Below are positions 1 through 12,500 of a stretch of DNA of 64,000 bases, piece after piece (position 1 is the stretch's first letter; each line of letters begins with the position of its first letter). The translations under genes and the position numbers were made by a program. Source of the stretch: Eledone cirrhosa. Taxonomy: Eukaryota. The notes under the pieces are model-generated. The model worked only from the letters and a program-made list of their open reading frames with translations, did no database searches and was not told where the DNA came from. The DNA lies in NCBI GenBank assembly GCA_964016885.1, contig OZ024740.1:18538001-18602000 (forward strand), written 5' to 3'.

Positions 1-599
1 ATAATGTCCCAATTGACCTATACTAAAGGGCTTCACTGATAGTGTTATGTGTGTTATAATGTCCCAGTTGACCTATACTAAAGGACTTCACTGATAGGGT
101 TATGTGTTATAATGTCCCAGTTGACCAATACTAAAGGACTTCACTGATAGTGTTATGTGTGTTATAATGTCCCAGTTGACCTATACTAAAAGGCTCCACT
201 GATAGGGTTATGTGTGTTATCATGTCCCAGTTGACCTATACTAAAGGACTTCACTGATAGGGTTATGTGTGTTATAATGTCCCAGTTGACCTATACTAAA
301 AGGCTCCACTGATAGTGTTATGTGTGTTATAATGTCCCAGTTGACCTATACTAAAGGACTTCACTGATAGTGTTATGTGTGTTATAATGTCAGAGTTGAC
401 CTATACTAAAAGGCTCAACTGATAGTGTTATGTGTTATAATGTCCAAGTTGACCTATATTAAAGGACTTCACTGATAGGGTTATGTGTGTTATAATGTCC
501 CAGTTGACCTATACTAAAGGGCTTCACTGATAGTGTTATGTGTTATAATGTCCCAGTTGACCTATACTAAAGTATTTCACTGATAGTGTTATAGTGTTA

Positions 600-3500
600 T
601 AATGTCCCAGTTGACCTATACTAATGGATTTCACTGATAGTGTCATGTGTGTTATAATGTCCCAGTTGACCTATACTTAAAGGCTTCACTGATAGGGTTA
701 TGTGTTATAATGTCCCAGTTGACCTATACTAAAGGGCTTCACTGATAGGGTTATGTGTTATAATGTCCCAGTTGACTTATACTAAAGGGCTTCACTGATA
801 GTGTTATGTGTTACAATGTCCCAGTTGACCTATACTAAAGGGCTTCACTCATAGTGTTATGTCTTATAATGTCCCAGTTGACCTATACTAAAGGGCTTCA
901 CTGATAGTGTTATGTGTGTTATAATGTCCCAGTTGACCTATACTAATGGATTTCACTGATAGTGTCATGTGTGTTATAATGTCCCAGTTGACCTATACTA
1001 AAGGGCTTCACTGACAGGGTTATGTGTTATAATGTCCTAGTTGACTTATACTAAAGGACTTCACTGATAGTGTTATGTGTTATAATGTCCCAGTTGACTT
1101 ATACTAAAGGACTTTACTGATAGTGTTATGTGTTATAATGTCCCAGTTGACCTATACTAAAGGGCTTCACTGATAGTGTTATGTGTGTTATAATGTCCCA
1201 GTTGACCTATACTAAAAGACTTCACTGATAGGGTTATGTGTGTTATAATGTCCCAGTTGACCTATACTAAAGGACTTCACTGATAGGGTTATGTGTGTTA
1301 TAATTTCCCAGTTGACCTATACTAAAGGACTTCACTGATAGGGTTATGTGTGTTATAATGTCCCAGTTGACCTATACTTAAGGGCTTCACTGATAGTGTT
1401 ATGTGGGTTGTAATGACCCAGTTGACCTATACTAAAGGACTTCACTGATAGTGTTATGTGTGTTATAATGTCCTAGTTGACTTATACTAAAGGACTTCAC
1501 TGATAGTGTTATGTGTTATAATGTCCCAGTTGACTTATACTAAAGGACTTTACTGATAGTGTTATGTGTTATAATGTCCCAGTTGACCTATACTTAAGGG
1601 CTTCACTGATAGTGTTATGTGTGTTATAATGTCCCAGTTGAACTATACTAAAAGACTTAACTGATAGGGTTATGTGTTATAATGTCTCAGTTGACCTATA
1701 CAAAAGGACTTCACTGATAGTGTTATATGTTATAATGTCCCAGTTGACCTATACTAAAGGACTTCACTGATAGTGTTATGTGTGTTGTAATGACCCAGTT
1801 GACCTATACTAAAGGGCTTCACTGATAGGGTTATGTGTGTTATAATGTCCCAATTGACCTATACTAAAGGACTTCACTGATAGTGTTATGTGTGTTATAA
1901 TGTCCCAGTTGACCTATACTAAAGGACTTCACTGATAGTGTTATGTATTATAATGTCCCAGTTGACCTATACTAAAGGACTTCACTGATAGGGTTATGTG
2001 TTATAATGTCCCAGTTGACCAATACTAAAGGACTTCACTGATAGTGTTATGTGTGTAATAATGTCCCAGTTGACCTATACTAAAAGGCTCCACTGATAGG
2101 CTTATATGTGTTATAATGTACCAGTTGACCTATACTAAAAGGCTCCACTGATAGGGTTATGTGTGTTATAATGTCCCAGTTGACCTATACTAAAGGACTT
2201 CACTGATAGGGTTATGTGTGTTATAATGTCCCAGTTGACCTATACTAAAAGGCTCCACTGATAGTGTTATGTGTTATAATGTCCAAGTTGACCTATATTA
2301 AAGGACTTCACTGATAGGGTTATGTGTGTTATAATGTCCCAGTTGACCTATACTAAAGGGCTTCACTGATAGTGTTATGTGTTATAATGTCAGAGTTGAC
2401 CTATACTAAAGTATTTCACTGATAGTGTCATGTGTGTTATAATGTCCCAGTTGACCTATACTAATGGATTTAACTGATAGTGTCATGTGTGTTATAATGT
2501 CCCAGTTGACCTATACTAAAGGGCTTCACTCATAGTGTTATGTGTTATAATGTCCCAGTTGACCTATACTAAAGTATTTCACTGATAGTGTTATAGTGTT
2601 ATAATGTCCCAGTTGACCTATACTAATGGATTTCACTGATAGTGTCATGTGTGTTATAATGTCCCAGTTGACCTATACTTAAGGGCTTCACTGATAGGGT
2701 TATGTGTTATAATGACCCAGTTGACCTATACTAAAGGGCTTCACTGATAGGGTTATGTGTTATAATGTCTCAGTTGACTTATACTAAAGGGCTTCACTGA
2801 TAGGGTTATGTGTTATAATGTCCCAGTTGACCTATACTAAAGGGCTTCACTCATAGTGTTATGTGTTATAATGTCCCAGTTGACCTATACTAAAGGGCTT
2901 CACTGATAGTGTTATGTGTGTTATAATGTCCCAGTTGACCTATACTAATGGATTTCACTGATAGTGTCATGTGTGTTATAATGTCCCAGTTGACCTATAC
3001 TAAAGGGCTTCACTGACAGGGTTATGTGTTATAATGTCCTAGTTGACTTATACTAAAGGACTTCACTGATAGTGTTATGTGTGTTATAATGTCCCAGTTG
3101 ACTTATACTAAAGGACTTTACTGATAGTGTTATGTGTTATAATGTCCCAGTTGACCTATACTAAAGGGCTTCACTGATAGTGTTATGTGTGTTATAATGT
3201 CCCAGTTGACCTATACTAAAAGACTTCACTGATAGGGTTATGTGTGTTATAATGTCCCAGTTGACCTATACTAAAGGACTTCACTGATAGGGTTATGTGT
3301 GTTATAATTTCCCAGTTGACCTATACTAAAGGACTTCACTGATAGTGTCATGTGTGTTATAATGTCCCAGTTGACCTATACTAAAGGGCTTCACTGATCG
3401 TGTTATGTGTTATAATGTCCCAGTTGACTTATACTAAAGGACTTCACTGATAGTGTTATGTGTTATAATGTCCCAGTTGACCTATACTAAAGGGCTTCAC

Positions 3501-6500
3501 TGATAGTGTTATGTGTGTTATAATGTCCCAGTTGACCTATACTAAAAGACTTCACTGATAGGGTTATGTGTGTTATAATGTCCCAGTTGACCTATACTAA
3601 AGGACTTCACTGATAGGGTTATGTGTGTTATAATTTCCCAGTTGACCTATACTAAAGGACTTCACTGATAGGGTTATGTGTGTTATAATGTCCCAGTTGA
3701 CCTATACTAAAGGGCTTCACTGATAGTGTTATGTGTGTTATAATGTCCCAGTTGACCTATACTTAAGGGCTTCACTGATAGTGTTATGTGGGTTGTAACG
3801 ACCCAGCTGACCTATACTAAAGGACTTCACTGATAGGGTTATGTGTGTTATAATGTCAGAGTTGACCTATACTAAAAGGCTCCACTGATAGTGTTATGTG
3901 TTATAATGTCCAAGTTGACCTATATTAAAGGACTTCACTGATAGGGTTATGTGTGTTATAATGTCCCAGTTGACCTATACTAAAGGGCTTCACTGATAGT
4001 GTTCTGTGTGTTATAATGTCCCAGTTGACCTATACTAAAGGGCTTCACTGATAGTGTTATGTGTGTTATAATGTCCCAGTTGACCTATACTAAAGGGCTT
4101 CACTGATAGTGTTATGTGTGTTTTAATGTCCCAGTTGACCTATACTAAAGGACTTCACTGATAGTGTTATGTGTGTTATAATGTCCCAGTTGACCTATAC
4201 TAAAGGGCTTCACTGATAGTGTTATCTGTTATAATGTCCCAGTTGACCTATACTAAAGGGCTTCACTGATAGTGTTATGTGTTATAATGTCCAAGTTGAC
4301 TTATACTAAAGACTTCACTGATAGTGTTATGTGTGTTATAATGTCCCAGTTGACCTATACTAAAGGACTTCACTGATATGGTTATGTGTGTTATAATGTC
4401 CCAGTTGACCTATACTAAAGGGCTTAACTGATAGGGTTATGTGTTATAATGTCCCAGTTGACCTATACTAAAGGGCTTCACTGATAGTGTTATGTGTGTT
4501 ATAATGTCCCAGTTGACCTATACTAAAGGGCTTCACTGATAGGATTAAGTGTGTTATAAAGTCCCAGTTGACCTATACTAAAGGACTTCACTGATAGGGT
4601 TATGTTTTATAATGTCCCAGTTGGCTTATACTAAAGGACTTCACTGATAGTGTTATGTGTGTTATAATGTCCCAGTTGACCTATACTAAAGGACTTAACT
4701 GATAGTGTTATGTGTGTTATAATGTCCCAGTTGACCTATACTAAAGGGCTTCACTGATAGTGTTATGTGTGTTATAATGTCCCAGTTGAACTATACTAAA
4801 AGACTTCACTAATAGGGCTATGTGTTATAATGTCCCAGTTGACCTATACTAAAGGGCTTCACTGATAGTGTTATGTGTGTTATAATGTCCCAGTTGACCT
4901 ATACTAAAAGACTTCACTGATAGGGTTATGTGTTATTATGTCCCAGTTGACCTATACTAAAGGGCTTCACTGATACTGTTATGTGTGTTATAATGTCCAA
5001 GTTGACCTATACTTAAGGGCTTCAATGATAGTGTTATGTGGGTTGTAATGACCCATTTGACCTATACTAAAGGGCTTCACCGATAGTGTTATGTGTGTTA
5101 TAATGTCCAAATTGACCTATACTAAAGGACTTCACTGATAGGGTTATGTGTTATAATGTCCCAGTTGACCTATACTAAAGGGCTTCACTGATAGTGTTAT
5201 GTGTGTTATAATGTCCCAGTTGACCTATACTAAAGGACTTCACTGATAGGGTTATGTGTGTTATAATTTCCCAGTTGACTTATACTAAAGGACTTCACTG
5301 ATAGGGTTATGTGTGTTATAATGTCCCAGTTGACCTATACTTAAGGGCTTCACTGATAGTGTTATGTGTGTTATAATGTCCCAGTTGAACTATACTAAAA
5401 GACTTAACTGATAGGGTTATGTGTTATAATGTCCCAGTTGACCTATACTAAAGGACTTCACTGATAGGGTTATGTGTGTTATTATGTCCCAGTTGACCTA
5501 TACTTAAGGGCTTCACCGATAGTGTTATGTGTGTTATAATGTCCAAGTTGACCTATACTAAAGGACTACACTGAAAGTGTTATGTGTGTTATAATGTCCC
5601 AGTTGACCTATACTAAACGGCTTCACTGATAGTGTTATGTGTGTTATAATTTCCCAGTTGACTTATACTAACGGGCTTCACTGATAGTGTTATGTGTGTT
5701 ATAATGTCCCAGTTGACCTATACTAATGGATTTAACTGATAGTATCATGTGTTATAATGTCCCAGTTGACCTATATTAATGGACTTCACTGATAGGGTTA
5801 TGTGTGTTATAATGTCCCAGTTGACCTATACTAAAGGGCTTCACTGATAGGATTAAGTGTGTTATAAAGTCCCAGTTGACCTATACTAAAGGACTTCACT
5901 GATAGGGTTATGTTTTATAATGTCCCAGTTGGCTTATACTAAAGGACTTCACTGATAGTGTTATGTGTGTTATAATGTCCCAGTTGACCTATACTAAAGG
6001 ACTTAACTGATAGTGTTATGTGTGTTATAATGTCCCAGTTGACCTATACTAAAGGGCTTCACTGATAGTGTTATGTGTGTTATAATGTCCCAGTTGAACT
6101 ATACTAAAAGACTTCACTAATAGGGCTATGTGTTATAATGTCCCAGTTGACCTATACTAAAGGGCTTCACTGATAGTGTTATGTGTGTTATAATGTCCCA
6201 GTTGACCTATACTAAAAGACTTCACTGATAGGGTTATGTGTTATTATGTCCCAGTTGACCTATACTAAAGGGCTTCACTGATACTGTTATGTGTGTTATA
6301 ATGTCCAAGTTGACCTATACTTAAGGGCTTCACTGATAGTGTTATGTGGGTTGTAATGACCCATTTGACCTATACTAAAGGGCTTCACCGATAGTGTTAT
6401 GTGTGTTATAATGTCCAAATTGACCTATACTAAAGGACTTCACTGATAGGGTTATGTGTTATAATGTCCCAGTTGACCTATACTAAAGGGCTTCACTGAT

Positions 6501-9500
6501 AGTGTTATGTGTGTTATAATGTCCCAGTTGACCTATACTAAAGGACTTCACTGATAGGGTTATGTGTGTTATAATTTCCCAGTTGACTTATACTAAAGGA
6601 CTTCACTGATAGGGTTATGTGTGTTATAATTTCCCAGTTGACCTATACTAAAGGACTTCACTGATAGGGTTATGTGTGTTATAATGTCCCAGTTGACCTA
6701 TACTAATGGATTTCACTGATAGTGTCATGTGTGTTATAATGTCCCAGTTGACCTATACTTAAAGGCTTCACTGATAGGGTTATGTGTTATAATGTCCCAG
6801 TTGACCTATACTAAAGGGCTTCACTGATAGGGTTATGTGTTATAATGTCCCAGTTGACTTATACTAAAGGGCTTCACTGATAGTGTTATGTGTTACAATG
6901 TCCCAGTTGACCTATACTAAAGGGCTTCACTCATAGTGTTATGTCTTATAATGTCCCAGTTGACCTATACTAAAGGGCTTCACTGATAGTGTTATGTGTG
7001 TTATAATGTCCCAGTTGACCTATACTAATGGATTTCACTGATAGTGTCATGTGTGTTATAATGTCCCAGTTGACCTATACTAAAGGGCTTCACTGACAGG
7101 GTTATGTGTTATAATGTCCTAGTTGACTTATACTAAAGGACTTCACTGATAGTGTTATGTGTTATAATGTCCCAGTTGACTTATACTAAAGGACTTTACT
7201 GATAGTGTTATGTGTTATAATGTCCCAGTTGACCTATACTAAAGGGCTTCACTGATAGTGTTATGTGTGTTATAATGTCCCAGTTGACCTATACTAAAAG
7301 ACTTCACTGATAGGGTTATGTGTGTTATAATGTCCCAGTTGACCTATACTAAAGGACTTCACTGATAGGGTTATGTGTGTTATAATTTCCCAGTTGACCT
7401 ATACTAAAGGACTTCACTGATAGGGTTATGTGTGTTATAATGTCCCAGTTGACCTATACTTAAGGGCTTCACTGATAGTGTTATGTGGGTTGTAATGACC
7501 CAGTTGACCTATACTAAAGGGCTTCACCGATAGTGTTATGTGTGTTATAATGTCCAAGTTGACCTATAATAAAGGACTACACTGAAAGTGTTATGTGTGT
7601 CATAATGTCCCAGTTGACCTATACTAAACGGCTTCAGTGATAGTGTTATGTGTGTTATAATGTCCAAGTTGACCTATACTAAAGGACTTCAGTGATAGGG
7701 TTATGTGTTATAATGTCCCAGTTGACCTATACTAAAGGGCTTCACTGATAGTGTTATGTGTGTTATAATGTCCCAGTTGACCTATACTAAAGGACTTCAC
7801 TGATAGGGTTATGTGTGTTATAATTTCCCAGTTGACCTATACTTAAGGGCTTCACTGATAGTGTTATGTGTGTTATAATGTCCCAGTTGAACTATACTAA
7901 AAGACTTAACTGATAGGGTTATGTGTTATAATGTCTCAGTTGACCTATACAAAAGGACTTCACTGATAGTGTTATATGTTATAATGTCCCAGTTGACCTA
8001 TACTAAAGGACTTCACTGATAGTGTTATGTGTGTTGTAATGACCCAGTTGACCTATACTAAAGGGCTTCACTGATAGGGTTATGTGTGTTATAATGTCCC
8101 AATTGACCTATACTAAAGGACTTCACTGATAGTGTTATGTGTGTTATAATGTCCCAGTTGACCTATACTAAAGGACTTCACTGATAGTGTTATGTATTAT
8201 AATGTCCCAGTTGACCTATACTAAAGGACTTCACTGATAGGGTTATGTGTTATAATGTCCCAGTTGACCAATACTAAAGGACTTCACTGATAGTGTTATG
8301 TGTGTAATAATGTCCCAGTTGACCTAAACTAAAAGGCTCCACTGATAGGCTTATATGTGTTATAATGTACCAGTTGACCTATACTAAAAGGCTCCACTGA
8401 TAGGGTTATGTGTGTTATAATGTCCCAGTTGACCTATACTAAAGGACTTCACTGATAGGGTTATGTGTGTTATAATGTCCCAGTTGACCTATACTAAAAG
8501 GCTCCACTGATAGTGTTATGTGTTATAATGTCCAAGTTGACCTATATTAAAGGACTTCACTGATAGGGTTATGTGTGTTATAATGTCCCAGTTGACCTAT
8601 ACTAAAGGGCTTCACTGATAGTGTTATGTGTTATAATGTCAGAGTTGACCTATACTAAAGTATTTCACTGATAGTGTCATGTGTGTTATAATGTCCCAGT
8701 TGACCTATACTAATGGATTTAACTGATAGTGTCATGTGTGTTATAATGTCCCAGTTGACCTATACTAAAGGGCTTCACTCATAGTGTTATGTGTTATAAT
8801 GTCCCAGTTGACCTATACTAAAGTATTTCACTGATAGTGTTATAGTGTTATAATGTCCCAGTTGACCTATACTAATGGATTTCACTGATAGTGTCATGTG
8901 TGTTATAATGTCCCAGTTGACCTATACTTAAGGGCTTCACTGATAGGGTTATGTGTTATAATGACCCAGTTGACCTATACTAAAGGGCTTCACTGATAGG
9001 GTTATGTGTTATAATGTCTCAGTTGACTTATACTAAAGGGCTTCACTGATAGGGTTATGTGTTATAATGTCCCAGTTGACCTATACTAAAGGGCTTCACT
9101 CATAGTGTTATGTGTTATAATGTCCCAGTTGACCTATACTAAAGGGCTTCACTGATAGTGTTATGTGTGTTATAATGTCCCAGTTGACCTATACTAATGG
9201 ATTTCACTGATAGTGTCATGTGTGTTATAATGTCCCAGTTGACCTATACTAAAGGGCTTCACTGACAGGGTTATGTGTTATAATGTCCTAGTTGACTTAT
9301 ACTAAAGGACTTCACTGATAGTGTTATGTGTGTTATAATGTCCCAGTTGACTTATACTAAAGGACTTTACTGATAGTGTTATGTGTTATAATGTCCCAGT
9401 TGACCTATACTAAAGGGCTTCACTGATAGTGTTATGTGTGTTATAATGTCCCAGTTGACCTATACTAAAAGACTTCACTGATAGGGTTATGTGTGTTATA

Positions 9501-12500
9501 ATGTCCCAGTTGACCTATACTAAAGGACTTCACTGATAGGGTTATGTGTGTTATAATTTCCCAGTTGACCTATACTAAAGGACTTCACTGATAGTGTCAT
9601 GTGTGTTATAATGTCCCAGTTGACCTATACTAAAGGGCTTCACTGATCGTGTTATGTGTTATAATGTCCCAGTTGACTTATACTAAAGGACTTCACTGAT
9701 AGTGTTATGTGTTATAATGTCCCAGTTGACCTATACTAAAGGGCTTCACTGATAGTGTTATGTGTGTTATAATGTCCCAGTTGACCTATACTAAAAGACT
9801 TCACTGATAGGGTTATGTGTGTTATAATGTCCCAGTTGACCTATACTAAAGGACTTCACTGATAGGGTTATGTGTGTTATAATTTCCCAGTTGACCTATA
9901 CTAAAGACTTCACTGATAGGGTTATGTGTGTTATAATGTCCCAGTTGACCTATACTAAAGGGCTTCACTGATAGTGTTATGTGTGTTATAATGTCCCAGT
10001 TGACCTATACTTAAGGGCTTCACTGATAGTGTTATGTGGGTTGTAACGACCCAGCTGACCTATACTAAAGGACTTCACTGATAGGGTTATGTGTGTTATA
10101 ATGTCAGAGTTGACCTATACTAAAAGGCTCCACTGATAGTGTTATGTGTTATAATGTCCAAGTTGACCTATATTAAAGGACTTCACTGATAGGGTTATGT
10201 GTGTTATAATGTCCCAGTTGACCTATACTAAAGGGCTTCACTGATAGTGTTCTGTGTGTTATAATGTCCCAGTTGACCTATACTAAAGGGCTTCACTGAT
10301 AGTGTTATGTGTGTTATAATGTCCCAGTTGACCTATACTAAAGGGCTTCACTGATAGTGTTATGTGTGTTATAATGTCCCAGTTGACCTATACTAAAGGA
10401 CTTCACTGATAGTGTTATGTGTGTTATAATGTCCCAGTTGACCTATACTAAAGGGCTTCACTGATAGTGTTATCTGTTATAATGTCCCAGTTGACCTATA
10501 CTAAAGGGCTTCACTGATAGTGTTATGTGTTATAATGTCCAAGTTGACTTATACTAAAGACTTCACTGATAGTGTTATGTGTGTTATAATGTCCCAGTTG
10601 ACCTATACTAAAGGACTTCACTGATATGGTTATGTGTGTTATAATGTCCCAGTTGACCTATACTAAAGGGCTTAACTGATAGGGTTATGTGTTATAATGT
10701 CCCAGTTGACCTATACTAAAGGGCTTCACTGATAGTGTTATGTGTGTTATAATGTCCCAGTTGACCTATACTAAAGGGCTTCACTGATAGGATTAAGTGT
10801 GTTATAAAGTCCCAGTTGACCTATACTAAAGGACTTCACTGATAGGGTTATGTTTTATAATGTCCCAGTTGGCTTATACTAAAGGACTTAACTGATAGTG
10901 TTATGTGTGTTATAATGTCCCAGTTGACCTATACTAAAGGACTTAACTGATAGTGTTATGTGTGTTATAATGTCCCAGTTGACCTATACTAAAGGGCTTC
11001 ACTGATAGTGTTATGTGTGTTATAATGTCCCAGTTGAACTATACTAAAAGACTTCACTAATAGGGCTATGTGTTATAATGTCCCAGTTGACCTATACTAA
11101 AGGGCTTCACTGATAGTGTTATGTGTGTTATAATGTCCCAGTTGACCTATACTAAAAGACTTCACTGATAGGGTTATGTGTTATTATGTCCCAGTTGACC
11201 TATACTAAAGGGCTTCACTGATACTGTTATGTGTGTTATAATGTCCAAGTTGACCTATACTTAAGGGCTTCAATGATAGTGTTATGTGGGTTGTAATGAC
11301 CCATTTGACCTATACTAAAGGGCTTCACCGATAGTGTTATGTGTGTTATAATGTCCAAATTGACCTATACTAAAGGACTTCACTGATAGGGTTATGTGTT
11401 ATAATGTCCCAGTTGACCTATACTAAAGGGCTTCACTGATAGTGTTATGTTTGTTATAATGTCCCAGTTGACCTATACTAAAGGACTTCACTGATAGGGT
11501 TATGTGTGTTATAATTTCCCAGTTGACTTATACTAAAGGACTTCACTGATAGGGTTATGTGTGTTATAATGTCCCAGTTGACCTATACTTAAGGGCTTCA
11601 CTGATAGTGTTATGTGTGTTATAATGTCCCAGTTGAACTATACTAAAAGACTTAACTGATAGGGTTATGTGTTATAATGTCCCAGTTGACCTATACTAAA
11701 GGACTTCACTGATAGGGTTATGTGTGTTATTATGTCCCAGTTGACCTATACTTAAGGGCTTCACCGATAGTGTTATGTGTGTTATAATGTCCAAGTTGAC
11801 CTATACTAAAGGACTACACTGAAAGTGTTATGTGTGTTATAATGTCCCAGTTGACCTATACTAAACGGCTTCACTGATAGTGTTATGTGTGTTATAATTT
11901 CCCAGTTGACTTATACTAACGGGCTTCACTGATAGTGTTATGTGTGTTATAATGTCCCAGTTGACCTATACTAATGGATTTAACTGATAGTATCATGTGT
12001 TATAATGTCCCAGTTGACCTATATTAATGGACTTCACTGATAGGGTTATGTGTGTTATAATGTCCCAGTTGACCTATACTAAAGGGCTTCACTGATAGGA
12101 TTAAGTGTGTTATAAAGTCCCAGTTGACCTATACTAAAGGACTTCACTGATAGGGTTATGTTTTATAATGTCCCAGTTGGCTTATACTAAAGGACTTCAC
12201 TGATAGTGTTATGTGTGTTATAATGTCCCAGTTGACCTATACTAAAGGACTTAACTGATAGTGTTATGTGTGTTATAATGTCCCAGTTGACCTATACTAA
12301 AGGGCTTCACTGATAGGGTTATGTGTGTTATAATGTCCCAGTTGAACTATACTAAAAGACTTCACTAATAGGGCTATGTGTTATAATGTCCCAGTTGACC
12401 TATACTAAAGGGCTTCACTGATAGTGTTATGTGTGTTATAATGTCCCAGTTGACCTATACTAAAAGACTTCACTGATAGGGTTATGTGTTATTATGTCCC

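Noticed and set aside
13-19. W-box (TTGACY) or nuclear-receptor half-site (TGACCT) in each monomer
   Set aside because: Hexamer matches are expected by chance, the host is unknown, and repetition reflects amplification of a single occurrence.
13-24. TTGACC (TTGACA in some C monomers) next to TATACT as a -35/-10 pair
   Set aside because: Spacing is 0 bp to TATACT and 34-36 bp to the next TATAAT, incompatible with sigma70 geometry.
88-99. Synthetic tetO or promoter array
   Set aside because: No full operator or vector sequence; nested HORs and scattered substitutions indicate natural evolution.
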